61,219 nucleotides of DNA from a virus. Taxonomy: Duplodnaviria > Caudoviricetes. The position numbers and the translations under genes are program-made. The notes below the pieces were generated by a model that was given only the letters and a program-made list of their open reading frames with translations, was not told where the DNA came from and searched no databases. The number at the start of each line of letters is the position of its first letter. The stretch's first letter is position 1. This document shows positions 9,788 through 20,206 of the stretch, piece after piece. Location: positions 1-61,219 of IMG/VR virus record IMGVR_UViG_3300017788_000001; one strand, 5' to 3'.

Positions 9788-10786
9788 TTAACGGATATTG
9801 TTCTCTTTGAGAATATCCTGATAAATCTGAGAATACAAAGCATCTTCATCTACCGGCCTGTTACCCTGCTTGTTAGCAGGAGAACGTGTAGTAGCCGTAG
9901 ACGCCAGTTTACGCTTACGAGCCTCTTCCACCGGATTAGGCTGAGTGGTCTCTTGGCTCTGCTGTGTAGTGCTCTGTGTCTCTTTTTGAGTGGACTGATT
10001 GAGAATCTCTACTACGCGAGGAAAGTCAGCCTTGAACGCCGACACAGCCATGGAGTATTCGTTGGCGAAAGACGACTCAGCAAGAGCGCGGTGCTCGGGC
10101 TGCAACATCTCCTTCCACTTGTCCCAGTAGTAACGCATGTCGCCTCCCGGCAAAATACGATCCACGTCTGGGTGAATCCTCTTGACTACTGCCAGCTCTT
10201 CTTCCAGATCTACTCCGTCATCGTCTACCTCAAGCTGGGGCGCGGCCTTGGTGGCGGCGTACTCCTCTCGCATTGCGGCAAGTGCATCGGCTAGGTCTTC
10301 GTCTGCGGCCCTCACTTCGTTAATCTTCTCTTCAGCCTTACTAGGCTTGCTAGCAGCAGTTTCTGCGGCTTGCTTCTTGTATTTGTCGACTTCTCTCTTT
10401 AGTCGTGACAACTCTGACTGCAGATGATTTACACGCCCGCTATTCGAGGACAGCGCATGCAACTGTCTCTTTAGGGCTTCAATCTCCTTAGCCAGAGGAT
10501 TGTCGGCGTCGGGCGTCGAGTTCTCGACGACGGACTGGTCTTCTTCCCCCTGCTCTTCTTCCTTCTTTTCCGCATTCTCGTCGGCAACAGCGTCAGCGTT
10601 GTCAGGCGGAGTTTCCTCGGACTGCTCCTGCTGTTCGCCTTGCTCAACTGAAAGCTTCATCAGACGATCGATTTCTTTATCATCGCCGTCACTCACGGCC
10701 TTGTTAAGGGCGGCGAAGTAGGCGTTATCGTCCATAACTGAGTTGGTATCCTGTTCAGTATCAGGCTGGTTCTTTTCGGTATTCAT
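9788..10786 (-). CDS. putative capsid scaffolding protein (332 aa)
   Basis: Acidic coiled-coil protein between portal and capsid genes. Confidence 0.7.
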   Translation of the reverse strand: MNTEKNQPDTEQDTNSVMDDNAYFAALNKAVSDGDDKEIDRLMKLSVEQGEQQEQSEETPPDNADAVADENAEKKEEEQGEEDQSVVENSTPDADNPLAKEIEALKRQLHALSSNSGRVNHLQSELSRLKREVDKYKKQAAETAASKPSKAEEKINEVRAADEDLADALAAMREEYAATKAAPQLEVDDDGVDLEEELAVVKRIHPDVDRILPGGDMRYYWDKWKEMLQPEHRALAESSFANEYSMAVSAFKADFPRVVEILNQSTQKETQSTTQQSQETTQPNPVEEARKRKLASTATTRSPANKQGNRPVDEDALYSQIYQDILKENNIR

Positions 10787-10803
10787 TGGTTAATCTCCGG
10801 TTC

Positions 10804-11016
10804 TCATCCTTGGGGTGGCGGTGTATACGGCCCCTTACCTAGACCAAGCAGCTTGTTTATAAAAGCGGCTTTGCCTCTCAGCTGCTGCGTCTCTTCAGCT
10901 GTCGTATCATGTGCGGCTAGTTTCTTGTAGACTGACTGGAGTTCATTCTCCAGCCAGCCCGTGAATTTAGCCCATTCCCCAGAGCTGGGCTCTGGTCTGA
11001 AGTGAGCATACATCAT
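10804..11016 (-). CDS. small hypothetical protein downstream of portal
   Basis: Coupled to the portal stop; TQQLRG motif typical of small post-portal genes. Confidence 0.65.
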   Translation of the reverse strand: MMYAHFRPEPSSGEWAKFTGWLENELQSVYKKLAAHDTTAEETQQLRGKAAFINKLLGLGKGPYTPPPQG

Positions 11017-13163
11017 CAGATACCTGTTCCTTTCTCTCTCTTGAGTTCCAGTTCTTCCGATATTAGCAGCTGATCAATCTCCTTCTGCTGCCCTCTCATT
11101 CCTTCGATGAAGATCTTGGCTTGGCTGTCATTCTCCTTGATCATCAGCTTGGTTTCAACATCAAGTTGCTTCTCTTCTCTACGAGCGGAAAGCTGAATCA
11201 TTTCCTTTTCTACCTCTGCTCTAGCCTTGATCACCTGCGCCTGAGCCTCTTGTACTCGGGCGTAGTTTGCAGACATTCTCTCTTCGTGCTCCCACGCTGC
11301 GCGTTGCTGGGCCTCCTGCATTTCAAACTGCAGTCTTGCCTCATTTAGCGCAAGTTCCCTATCAGCTCTCTGTCCTTCAGCTGCTTTGATTTCAAGCTCA
11401 ATCATCTGGGGATTAGGCTGCTGCTGGGCCTGCTGCGCTGCCTGCTGATACTCTTCTTCAGTACGAATGATCTTGCCCGGAGGCAGGCTCATCGTGTGTA
11501 GACGGGTGCGAGCAAGTTCGTCAACATTCACCCACAACGCAAGAGCCGGGTTCTGGGCTGTCTCCATGGATAGGCGCTCAAGGTCTCTGACATACAGCTG
11601 CTTGTTCTTGTAAGCAGAGCTAGATCTGACATCGATCGAGTAGTCACCCTTGATCTCTTCCTTCGGATTGTACTGCATATTCCAACCGTACATACGACGA
11701 ATGATCTTCTCCGTGATGTGGTCGTCCCACTCTTCCGACAAGAAGTCCAGAAGTGTGGTGGAGTTCTGCTGCATCACCAGCTGTCCTGTAGCCGACTCAG
11801 CTGCTTGCGGAGAAGGCATACCAGAAGCAAGTGCTGTCGTAGCTGACTCCTCCTCTGCGAACTGACGTGCCAGCTGTAGCATCGGCATAATGTTGGCAAT
11901 AACGTTAGTCGGATACCAGAACTTGATGGCGTCATCCATTTTGGCTGACGGGTCTGTCAGCAACCACACCTTGTTAGGCGTGATGTCCCACACACCGTCT
12001 GCTGGCTGAATGTACTGATGGTACATGCTAACCTGTGGACCGGAAGTCAGCGAAGCGTTGTCGAGCATCATGTGGTACGCCTGCGTCACGACATGCTGTG
12101 CATCTCCAAGAAGCAGTGGATGACCAAACCCAAACGGAGACGTGGGGTCTTCCTTCCATACAGAAACTGCGTACGGAGTTTCACAAGCGCCCTCAATGTT
12201 CTCAAGCTCCATGCGAATGATCTTGCCGCAGCATACCCACACTTCACCGTAATACTCAGAGGTAGGCGTTTCGTACGTGGGCTCAAGGCCCAGCTTCGCC
12301 ACCACGTCATACGACACCGGGCCGTGATACTCGATCACAGTGTATCTGTCTTTGTACATGTGGGGCTGGCCCCAAGTCAGTGCGTTTATCTTTGACAGAT
12401 AGTTAGAGTTATAGTGGCTGGCCTTTACGCCACGTTCCTTGGAGAGGACATCCGCGATAACCGATGCATCAAAGCCTCTACTGCGTCTCAGAAGAGACAG
12501 GTCTAGGGCTGTCATAGGATGCAACTCTATGTCGGACATGGACTCCGCATGCCTCTGAACGCTCAGATCGGGGTAGAACCGCCACAGGCTGACGTGCTCG
12601 ATGCCGGGCTTCTTGTCCTCGACGAATTCAGGCACCCAGACCTCGCCCTGCTTGACGTACTTTGTGCGCAGCTTACCTGTGTTAACAGGTCCCTTGAGTA
12701 CACCCGAACCAAGAATAACGCGTTCCGCCATCGCCCTACGGGCGTGCATGGGATACTTACATTCCTCAAGCTGCGCCGCAATCTCCTTCTCCATACCACG
12801 GCACTTTTCGGCTGTTTCCTTGGTGTCGTCGTTGGCCGGCGGCCACAGATCCCAGTTCTTGTCACCAATGGCAAACTGCATGGACACACAATTAGCCACA
12901 GCTGTGTCACACTTGGTGCGCACAATGTTAGGGGTAGGGCGTCTACGACGCGTGTCTGACTCGAAAGGACGGTCAGGATTGAAGTACCCATCGTCTGTCA
13001 GCGGGCTGTTGTACAACCTAATGCACTCTTGCCACTGACGCTCTTTTGCAACACGGTCATTAGCCCGCAAACAGAATTCATCTTCTATCTGCTTGGCCAG
13101 CCCTGCCAGAATAGCCTCACGCTCTGCGTCGCCAGTCTCGGGCTTCTTGTCGTTTTCAGACAT
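11016..13163 (-). CDS. portal protein (715 aa)
   Basis: Follows the terminase; FYPD, FGFG and MMLDNA motifs; long C-terminal coiled-coil. Confidence 0.85.
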   Translation of the reverse strand: MSENDKKPETGDAEREAILAGLAKQIEDEFCLRANDRVAKERQWQECIRLYNSPLTDDGYFNPDRPFESDTRRRRPTPNIVRTKCDTAVANCVSMQFAIGDKNWDLWPPANDDTKETAEKCRGMEKEIAAQLEECKYPMHARRAMAERVILGSGVLKGPVNTGKLRTKYVKQGEVWVPEFVEDKKPGIEHVSLWRFYPDLSVQRHAESMSDIELHPMTALDLSLLRRSRGFDASVIADVLSKERGVKASHYNSNYLSKINALTWGQPHMYKDRYTVIEYHGPVSYDVVAKLGLEPTYETPTSEYYGEVWVCCGKIIRMELENIEGACETPYAVSVWKEDPTSPFGFGHPLLLGDAQHVVTQAYHMMLDNASLTSGPQVSMYHQYIQPADGVWDITPNKVWLLTDPSAKMDDAIKFWYPTNVIANIMPMLQLARQFAEEESATTALASGMPSPQAAESATGQLVMQQNSTTLLDFLSEEWDDHITEKIIRRMYGWNMQYNPKEEIKGDYSIDVRSSSAYKNKQLYVRDLERLSMETAQNPALALWVNVDELARTRLHTMSLPPGKIIRTEEEYQQAAQQAQQQPNPQMIELEIKAAEGQRADRELALNEARLQFEMQEAQQRAAWEHEERMSANYARVQEAQAQVIKARAEVEKEMIQLSARREEKQLDVETKLMIKENDSQAKIFIEGMRGQQKEIDQLLISEELELKREKGTGI

Positions 13164-14748
13164 TGTATCTAGTTCCCTTGTAGTTTACGCCAGCAATGGG
13201 CCCCGTTGTTTTTCTGGAGATCATTCTGTTCATATTATTGATGACATACCGTGCAGCGTCCATCAAGTGATCGTCTTCATCGACGACATGCCCTCGCTGG
13301 TCACGTCTGTACAGCATATACTCTTTCTGGAAGTTTGTGAGAGTGCTAAAGACTCGGGCCTTACCTGTAGCGAAACGCTGTGCCAGTGCTTGAATCCCGG
13401 ACTCCCTTTCATTCTTGGCTAGGAACAGCTTGAGTCCCATTCCCTTGTACATAGTCCAGAGCTTCTTGCCGTCTGTCTGGCTACGTCCGCGAGTCGCGGG
13501 ATCAATCGCTCCGTTAATCCACTCACCCATACTCTTGATCGCATGAGCGTGAAGGTAAGGCTCGTCGCCTCCCTTGTAATGCTCGGCGTAGAAATAGAGG
13601 GTATCTGAGTTGGGGTCTAGAGCAGCCCATATAACAGCTGTCCTGTTCCAGCCCACGTCCATTCCATACATCCTAGGCCACGAATCTGGAATCTCGAATG
13701 GAGGACACACAACCTGCTCGATCGGTGTAGAAAACACGTTACCTGCTCCCATTGATGGAATACCCTTGGATCGCGCAGCGCGCAGGTGCTCAGGAGTATC
13801 TTCCAGAAGTCGTGCCTTGGTTGCTGCCGTGAGCCATGGAGCGTCGTCCCAGCCCGCCTGTATCACTGCCTTCTTCTTGGTAGCCCCTACGGCCTCCTCT
13901 CCCTCAGCGTCCTCTTCGTCAGACAAGGCCACGATAGGCTTTGCTCCTAGAAGGAAATCCGCCTTTCGGCAGAAGTTAACCACCATGCGGGTAAGACCTT
14001 CCAGCGGCGTGAATGTCGCGAAAATGATACCATCTGTGGTAGCTGTACGGATGTTACATTCGTTCCATATCTCGATAGGGCATTCTTCGTCACACCAGAT
14101 CCAGTGCATCTGCGTTCCCATGAACGCCTGAATATCCTGCTTGTAGTTCTTGAACCCGATTGTAGACCAGCCGCCGGACACGTGCTTGATGCGTATCATG
14201 TCTACAGCGCCTGTAACGCCCTGCAGAGCCGTGCAACGTCCCAGCGTGTGTGCCGGTAGCATACCAGTGCCCCACGATCCTATGTCACCTAGCAGCTCTT
14301 TTTGCACAGTGTCGCGAACAGTACGTGCGTCAGGTCCAGCAACCCAGCCCTGTGTCGGGCCGTCAAAACGCCTACCACTCCACCAGCTCGGATATAAACC
14401 AGTTGCATGAACAGCCGCTTCATACGCCCCGCATACAGACTTTCCTACGCGGTTAGCCGCCATGAACAGACGTTCAGGGTAGATGATACCTGCGTCAAAG
14501 AATGCCTTGTGTTTCGGTGTCGCTTCGAGAGGGTAGCCGGACGCCTCAGAGAACCACTTGTCCATGCCGCTGGCGGTCTTCATGCCTTGCAGCTGTCGTG
14601 CCAGTTCTACAGCACGGGCAAGATCTCTAGCGTATCCAGCGGATGTCTGGTTAGACGGCAAGGACTTCAACAAATCCTCACCGTCATCGAAGGAAGGGAT
14701 GGAAGCGAGGAAGTCCAGACTTAATTCTTGTGAAAATTTCTCGCTCAT
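13156..14748 (-). CDS. terL: terminase large subunit (530 aa)
   Basis: Walker A MAANRVGKS, Walker B WIWCDEE, TFTPLEG, and nuclease motifs GMDVGW and DDHLMDAARY. Confidence 0.95.
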   Translation of the reverse strand: MSEKFSQELSLDFLASIPSFDDGEDLLKSLPSNQTSAGYARDLARAVELARQLQGMKTASGMDKWFSEASGYPLEATPKHKAFFDAGIIYPERLFMAANRVGKSVCGAYEAAVHATGLYPSWWSGRRFDGPTQGWVAGPDARTVRDTVQKELLGDIGSWGTGMLPAHTLGRCTALQGVTGAVDMIRIKHVSGGWSTIGFKNYKQDIQAFMGTQMHWIWCDEECPIEIWNECNIRTATTDGIIFATFTPLEGLTRMVVNFCRKADFLLGAKPIVALSDEEDAEGEEAVGATKKKAVIQAGWDDAPWLTAATKARLLEDTPEHLRAARSKGIPSMGAGNVFSTPIEQVVCPPFEIPDSWPRMYGMDVGWNRTAVIWAALDPNSDTLYFYAEHYKGGDEPYLHAHAIKSMGEWINGAIDPATRGRSQTDGKKLWTMYKGMGLKLFLAKNERESGIQALAQRFATGKARVFSTLTNFQKEYMLYRRDQRGHVVDEDDHLMDAARYVINNMNRMISRKTTGPIAGVNYKGTRYNV

Positions 14749-14755
14749 ACTTTCC

Positions 14756-15172
14756 TTATGCTGCGTTAGTGGTCAGGTGACGCACAAGCTCAGGGTCTTT
14801 CTCTTGAAGCTTCTTGACCAAGGACGAGAATTCGCTACGCAGCTGGTCAGCGCTGATGTCGCCTGTACCGTCCTGCGAAGTTTCCACCTTGTCCTTCCAT
14901 CCATACATGTTCTTCATGGCGAAGTTGAACAGAGCGGTGTTGAATCCCTGCTTGGTGAAGCTCTTGCGTAGAGTTTCCATGTACCATGCGTGCGCTATGG
15001 TGCGGCCATGATCGATTAGATTGGCGAAAGCCTCACTATCGGCATACATCCTGTCAAAACGACTACGCGTAATACCTAGAAGCTTGCAGATCTCAACATC
15101 AGAGGCGCCTTGCTCGTACAGATCCAGTACCTCGTCCCACTTATTCGGTGATTTCTGTGGAGACTGGCTCAT
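14756..15172 (-). CDS. terS: terminase small subunit (138 aa)
   Basis: N-terminal HTH-like segment and FAMKN...WKD motif; directly upstream of terL. Confidence 0.75.
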   Translation of the reverse strand: MSQSPQKSPNKWDEVLDLYEQGASDVEICKLLGITRSRFDRMYADSEAFANLIDHGRTIAHAWYMETLRKSFTKQGFNTALFNFAMKNMYGWKDKVETSQDGTGDISADQLRSEFSSLVKKLQEKDPELVRHLTTNAA

Positions 15173-15482
15173 TGTCTGCTCCTACGCTGCTGGGCGGGAT
15201 GAACGCTTGCGAAGTATCCTGATTCAGGATCTCTGCAATCGGATAAACCTCTGCATCACCGTCCTCACCCCTGTTCAGACCCACCAGAAGCATCACTGGA
15301 GCGTTGTCTGTCTTCCTTTTAGCGGTCATTACGCCGATTGTGTTGGTGAATACACCACGATAGAACAGATCTAGTACCTGAAAGGGTGCTGGGTTATCCT
15401 GCTCGTCCGTGAAAACCCACGGAATCATCTCGTTTTCGAGAATCGTTGGTGCATTATTTGCAATTTCATTGGTCTCTGCCAC
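15141..15482 (-). CDS. hypothetical protein (113 aa)
   Basis: AGGAG RBS before a GTG start. Confidence 0.65.
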   Translation of the reverse strand: MAETNEIANNAPTILENEMIPWVFTDEQDNPAPFQVLDLFYRGVFTNTIGVMTAKRKTDNAPVMLLVGLNRGEDGDAEVYPIAEILNQDTSQAFIPPSSVGADNEPVSTEITE

Positions 15483-15587
15483 TGTCTTTCTCCTGATTGA
15501 GTAAGGTTGTGTGGGCGGACAACGCTAGCCGAGTGCTTTTCCGTACTATTGTCGTCCACCGCTGCCTGTTGCCGCCCACACGATTCA

Positions 15588-16145
15588 TTAAACCTGATGC
15601 TCTCTGGCTATTTTGCCTGTCTCAAGACGCTCTACAAGCTCTTTGGCCCTATTACCTACCTGTTTAAACCACAACGACTTGCGTAGATTGGTACCTGCTG
15701 CTGCATACTTTCCGCTGTTCAACAGACTTAGTGTCGTGTCAAACTTGGACAAGCGTTCTGTTCCCATATTAAAGATCAGATTAGCCACTACCGTCTGTGC
15801 GTAAAGAGGGAACTTCGTTCTCCATCCCGGAGTGAGGCTGTCAAGACCCTTCACGTGATCGATCACTTCCTCTTTTAGACGCTCGACGGACCGTGTGTGA
15901 GTGATCGTGCTGTTCACATTCACACCTCTGGTGAAGCCGTGACCAACAGTCCACGGTCTTCCGTTAACCTCGTTAAGGTTCAGCTCCTTCAAAATCTCAG
16001 CTGCCGGGCGAAGACCCCACTTGCGGGCTCTGCCGCCAAACGCCTTACCGATTTTTGAAAGAGGGTCTGGGTAGGCGTATGGCCTAAACCCTTCGTGTCT
16101 CTCAAGATCGGACAACACCTGCTTCATGTATGCTGGATCAGCCAT
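15588..16145 (-). CDS. endolysin, T4-lysozyme-like (GH24)
   Basis: HEG...Y.D, WTVGHG, FNMG and SLWFKQVGNRA motifs. Confidence 0.9.
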   Translation of the reverse strand: MADPAYMKQVLSDLERHEGFRPYAYPDPLSKIGKAFGGRARKWGLRPAAEILKELNLNEVNGRPWTVGHGFTRGVNVNSTITHTRSVERLKEEVIDHVKGLDSLTPGWRTKFPLYAQTVVANLIFNMGTERLSKFDTTLSLLNSGKYAAAGTNLRKSLWFKQVGNRAKELVERLETGKIAREHQV

Positions 16146-16492
16146 TATAGTTCCACCTCTAGTTCCGCCGTCACGGTATCAGATGCCGCATAACTACCGT
16201 TACCTGTGTCAGTGACTTCACATTTCAACACGCCAGACCGTAGCCCGGCAGCGCCTGTATCGGTGATGATAGTACACGTCGCTGACGTGGAGTTTAAAAT
16301 ACTCATACCAGAGCCTCCTGAGTCCCACGACCACGCATAGGTGAATGCGCCCACACCGTCTGTCACATTAGCTGTGACAGCTGCAGACGCCTGCGACGGA
16401 GCTGCGGAGGAACTGTAAACAGGGTCCGGTGTTATATTAACCGTGTGATTTGTTACACCACTTCTATGCATCATCAACTGCACTACGGCCAT
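16145..16492 (-). CDS. small beta-rich (Ig-like) tail-fibre-associated protein
   Basis: Coupled to the fibre gene; GVGAFTYAWSW pattern. Confidence 0.5.
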   Translation of the reverse strand: MAVVQLMMHRSGVTNHTVNITPDPVYSSSAAPSQASAAVTANVTDGVGAFTYAWSWDSGGSGMSILNSTSATCTIITDTGAAGLRSGVLKCEVTDTGNGSYAASDTVTAELEVEL

Positions 16493-17658
16493 CAGGTCAC
16501 CCCTGCGCCCGACACAATCGCCTCAGATGCGGACTGGAAATAGATGTAAGCCACGCCATAGGGCGCCAGCGTTCTATTACCTGTCGTGGCCGTGCCTCCG
16601 AGTCTGAGCGTGACACCAGACCCTTGGGCAATAGTGATGTTGCCGGACGATCCGTTGTTAACCACCGTGATCACGTCCCCTGCGGCATGGACGCTGTTGT
16701 CGACTGTGTACGTGTAGGCCGTTGTATTAGTCTTACGCCGAGCGTTACCGGCGTCACTTGCTACAAATGTGTATGTGGCGTTCTGGTCCGTGAGCGGCAC
16801 CTGCCCCAGCCGTGTCGTAGCGATAGCGCTCCAATTCTGCAGGTTGGTGCTCAGCGTTAGAGTGATTGACCCACTGCCTGTGACAGGGCCGCCTGACGGC
16901 GTGATACCCGTGCTGCCTGTGATATCCACGGAGGTCACAGTACCCGCGCCTGCAGGCGTGGCCCACGTCCCATCACCTCTCCAGAATGTAGAAGCGCTGG
17001 CGCTTGTTCCGCTGTTAAGTCGTGTGACAGCGAGATTACCCGTCAGGTCTGCTGCACTACCAGAGGTGGCGACAGTTGCCAATCCTGTGATGGTGCCCGC
17101 TGCCTGCGTCCCTGTGTGCGTGCTTCTATCTCTGAGCTGAGCGTTCGTGGCATTGGCTGTCGCTCCGGTGGCTACGCCGTCCAGCTTGTTCTTATCTGCG
17201 GCTGACATAAAACCAGCCGTAGCACCTGTGGCGTCAGAGTGCGTGTGACCGGCTGCAGCAAAGTCACCAGAGTTGGAAGTGGCGGCTGTGCCCAGTCCGA
17301 GCGTAGATCTAGCAGCGGCAGCGTTAGCGTCATCCAACAACGTGAGAGCAAATGCTGAAACGTCCCCAGCTGTAAGGCTGGCGGCGGCCAGCTCCTGAAG
17401 AGCGTCCTCTACAGTGGTTGCCGTAAAGTGCCCGCCAAGATCAGTGATGCCGATCAAATCAGCGCCGGCCGTGCTTTGTATTTCCGACATGAAGTCGTAG
17501 AAGTTCTCAAAGTCCGGGGCAAAGTCGTCCCGGACAAAATCTCCCAGTCTGTCCGACATCCTCACTAGAGCCATCTGCGCCTCCCCCATGTAATATGGGA
17601 CAAGCGCTTCCGTCAGAGAAGATGCCCCAGCTGGGGTGAGGTACAGATAATTAGCCAT
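16492..17658 (-). CDS. tail fibre protein (388 aa)
   Basis: Fibre repeats LLDDANAAAARSTLGLG, GFMSAADKNKLDG, GLATVATSGS and TFWRGDGTW. Confidence 0.8.
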   Translation of the reverse strand: MANYLYLTPAGASSLTEALVPYYMGEAQMALVRMSDRLGDFVRDDFAPDFENFYDFMSEIQSTAGADLIGITDLGGHFTATTVEDALQELAAASLTAGDVSAFALTLLDDANAAAARSTLGLGTAATSNSGDFAAAGHTHSDATGATAGFMSAADKNKLDGVATGATANATNAQLRDRSTHTGTQAAGTITGLATVATSGSAADLTGNLAVTRLNSGTSASASTFWRGDGTWATPAGAGTVTSVDITGSTGITPSGGPVTGSGSITLTLSTNLQNWSAIATTRLGQVPLTDQNATYTFVASDAGNARRKTNTTAYTYTVDNSVHAAGDVITVVNNGSSGNITIAQGSGVTLRLGGTATTGNRTLAPYGVAYIYFQSASEAIVSGAGVT

Positions 17659-17939
17659 TAGAAAGCCTCTTGAATCACAGTGGCAGTACGAAGAGAGATC
17701 AGCAGATTATTGTAGGCAGTGATCACATCACCTAGCGTAGCGCCTCCGCTTAGCTCCCCGGGGTCAGTACCTTGCTTGACAGTTCCGAAGGTAGTGACAG
17801 TGGCTTGCGGAGTGGGTTCTGCGGCCTCTGGTTCGGGTAGAACGTCCAGCGCCTTCAGGAGTCCTCTGACCTGTCCCTCCGCCATCTCGGTTTGAAGAGC
17901 CTCGACTACAGATCGTCTAACGGTAGCTGAGATAGCCAT
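17658..17939 (-). CDS. putative head-fibre/decoration-like protein (93 aa)
   Basis: G.VK...GGATL..VIT..N.L motif; paralogous to 17941..18210. Confidence 0.5.
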   Translation of the reverse strand: MAISATVRRSVVEALQTEMAEGQVRGLLKALDVLPEPEAAEPTPQATVTTFGTVKQGTDPGELSGGATLGDVITAYNNLLISLRTATVIQEAF

Positions 17940-17940
17940 A

Positions 17941-18210
17941 TCAACGATCCACAAAATCCATGACGCCTGCGTCCTGCATGTCAGTACGCAAGGTGTTCAG
18001 CCACGTGATCACTGTCTCCAGTGTGGCGCCTCCTGCAAGGGCTCCCACATCATCAACCATCTTCACAGAACCCCGCTCTGTGGGAGAGGCATTCTTGGGG
18101 TTGTCCGCCCCGATGTCGAAGCATTGGGCAATCGCTTGCTGTTCAAGGGTGTCGAAGTGCCCGTTAAGGGCTTGTACAATCTGCTGCTTTGCTGCAGTGC
18201 TGAGTGGCAT
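17941..18210 (-). CDS. putative head-fibre/decoration-like protein (89 aa)
   Basis: AGGAG RBS; same C-terminal motif as the downstream gene. Confidence 0.5.
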   Translation of the reverse strand: MPLSTAAKQQIVQALNGHFDTLEQQAIAQCFDIGADNPKNASPTERGSVKMVDDVGALAGGATLETVITWLNTLRTDMQDAGVMDFVDR

Positions 18211-18818
18211 ACGTCTCTCCTATGTGTATGGATTACGTTTGTAATCGCGAGGGTATAGTATACACATAAGTGCTGAACCTAAGCTGAATAGAATCATTGT
18301 ATCTAGATTGATTGCGTAATGCGCTTGGTTTCGTTCAGGCTCAGTTCAGCGGCTATATGTATACTATACGTATGTCACCGTCGCATCGCTTCGCCTGCTT
18401 TTGAGCAGGGAAGGGTCCGGGACTTGTAGGTGCCGCTCGTCACTTTAATCCGAGCCTCCGGTAGTGGAGAGGACTACACGACACACTGGCTCTGTCGACT
18501 CGAACCAGCGTTGTATACAGCGGGTATGTGCTGACCTACATACCGCCAAGGTTCTGCGGGACAATCGGCAGGGACTTTGGGACAATGCCTCTACTGTGGA
18601 GTGATCTAACAGAGGCGAACGTGGGCGAATCGAGCGCGTAGATCGGGGGAGAACCTCTTCTCTAATTAGCTTCGATAAAACCTGATACCTCATTCTCATG
18701 TATCCGGCGAGCCATTCTTCCCCATCACGGTGGGGAGGGATGGCTTTGCCCTAACGTTTCCTCTTCTCATATATCCTAAAGAACACGTTACACCGAACGC
18801 TCTGTAAGAGCGTCGTAT

Positions 18819-19370
18819 TTAAAGCGGGGTAGAAGCGTCCGTAGAATCCAGAACAGCTCCCATACGTCTAAGGGCATATTCGTGTCCATCGAAATAAACA
18901 ACGCCCGTCTGCCTGTCCTTCACGAGAATGGACTCCAAGCAGATGGGCTTTTTTGTGTCCAGCCTCCACACTGTCGGCACCTGTCCTTCCGGCACCTTCA
19001 CGTTCTCTTCCCACTCCTGTCGCGTCATCAAAAATTTCGTACCCCTCTTCTTCCATCTACGGACGTAGTAGCTGTACCAATCCCCCGCCTCCAGCTCCTT
19101 GCGCATCATCGGGACAGTCACGTTCCTGTACCGTGCAGCCATGTAGGGCCTCATGTACTCCCTGTTCTTCTTGAGGCGTGTCTTCCAATGATCCTTCTTC
19201 CTCTTGGGCTTGCGTGCCTTGGCCAGAGCGTCCTTGGTGCTCTTGGTCTCCATCATCCTCAGAAGCTTCTCCCTTTCCGTAGGAACCACCTCCGGGAGAT
19301 CTGCTCTGATCTTTTCCGCCTCCATCACTTTCAGGATGCGGACAATCTGTTCCGGTGTCATCTCCGTCAT
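18819..19370 (-). CDS. basic hypothetical protein (183 aa)
   Basis: GAGGAGG RBS and its own sigma70-like promoter; Lys/Arg-rich. Confidence 0.75.
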   Translation of the reverse strand: MTEMTPEQIVRILKVMEAEKIRADLPEVVPTEREKLLRMMETKSTKDALAKARKPKRKKDHWKTRLKKNREYMRPYMAARYRNVTVPMMRKELEAGDWYSYYVRRWKKRGTKFLMTRQEWEENVKVPEGQVPTVWRLDTKKPICLESILVKDRQTGVVYFDGHEYALRRMGAVLDSTDASTPL

Positions 19371-19403
19371 TCGTGTTCCTCCTCATCGATTACACGTGTA
19401 ATC

Positions 19404-19432
19404 ATTATACGTATTCGGGTGTGCCTTGTAAA
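19404..19432 (-). promoter_or_regulatory. sigma70-type promoter
   Basis: TTTACA-17 bp-TATAAT on the minus strand. Confidence 0.8.
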
Positions 19433-19569
19433 CAAGAGGGCGATGTGTCGTTAAGCTTTTGTTCACTCTTGTGTCAATCGCGTAGAAAATTGCTGGTGGG
19501 GCCCCACTCACCGGCCGGACAAGGCCGGGGGTCGAAGGGGATACCCCCCGGGGTCAAAACCCGCGACAA

Positions 19570-19900
19570 CGGGCACGGACACGGCACCAAAACACGCGCC
19601 CCCTTTTTTTTCGTGTGCCCTAGAACGCACGCACGCGCCCGTCACGCCACGCACGCGGGGACCGTGGGGTGTAGCCCACCAGAACCCGGCCCCACGACCA
19701 CGCACGCCCCTAAGCACGGCACGCAATATGCGAACATTTCACCTAGGCATTACATAGGACAGGGTGTTTAACGACTAAACGTCCTCAGCCGACGAGCGGT
19801 CATCTAATGGCTTTCGTTTCCTGTATACTGCACGCACGCCCCAAGAACAGGACTCGCCGACAAATGAACGCTCGCCTGATATCCCGCAACATTCACTCAC
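19570..19900 (+). repeat. cluster of about 16 CACG/GCACGC short repeats in the non-coding divergence region
   Basis: Counted by eye, all in one orientation. Confidence 0.6.
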
Positions 19901-20023
19901 GTCGTGTGTTCCGGCCCGTCGGCCGGTTCAAGCTAACCCGTGCCATGGCATGCGCTGGCCGTGTCGTGTGGTGCGGAACCAAGGCCGGTATATACAAATT
20001 CATCACATTGGAGGACTGACACC

Positions 20024-20206
20024 GTGCAATCGCCCGAAGTCGTGTTTCAGCTTCCCGGTTATGATGTCCTGTTCATCATGCTGTCATACGCTGAGCTATT
20101 GTTGCTCGCGCTCAAGCTTGGCCTAATGTGGGCGGGTTGGGCGTGCCTGTCCGAAGTGTGTAAATGCCTGCGCATCCTGCGCAACCAATGGGAGAGTGAG
20201 AAATGA
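20024..20206 (+). CDS. small hydrophobic early protein
   Basis: GGAGG RBS and GTG start; stop overlaps the next ATG. Confidence 0.5.
   Translation: MQSPEVVFQLPGYDVLFIMLSYAELLLLALKLGLMWAGWACLSEVCKCLRILRNQWESEK

Noticed and set aside
18445-18699. 84-aa minus-strand ORF in the late leader
   Set aside because: No clear RBS or protein-like features; left uncalled
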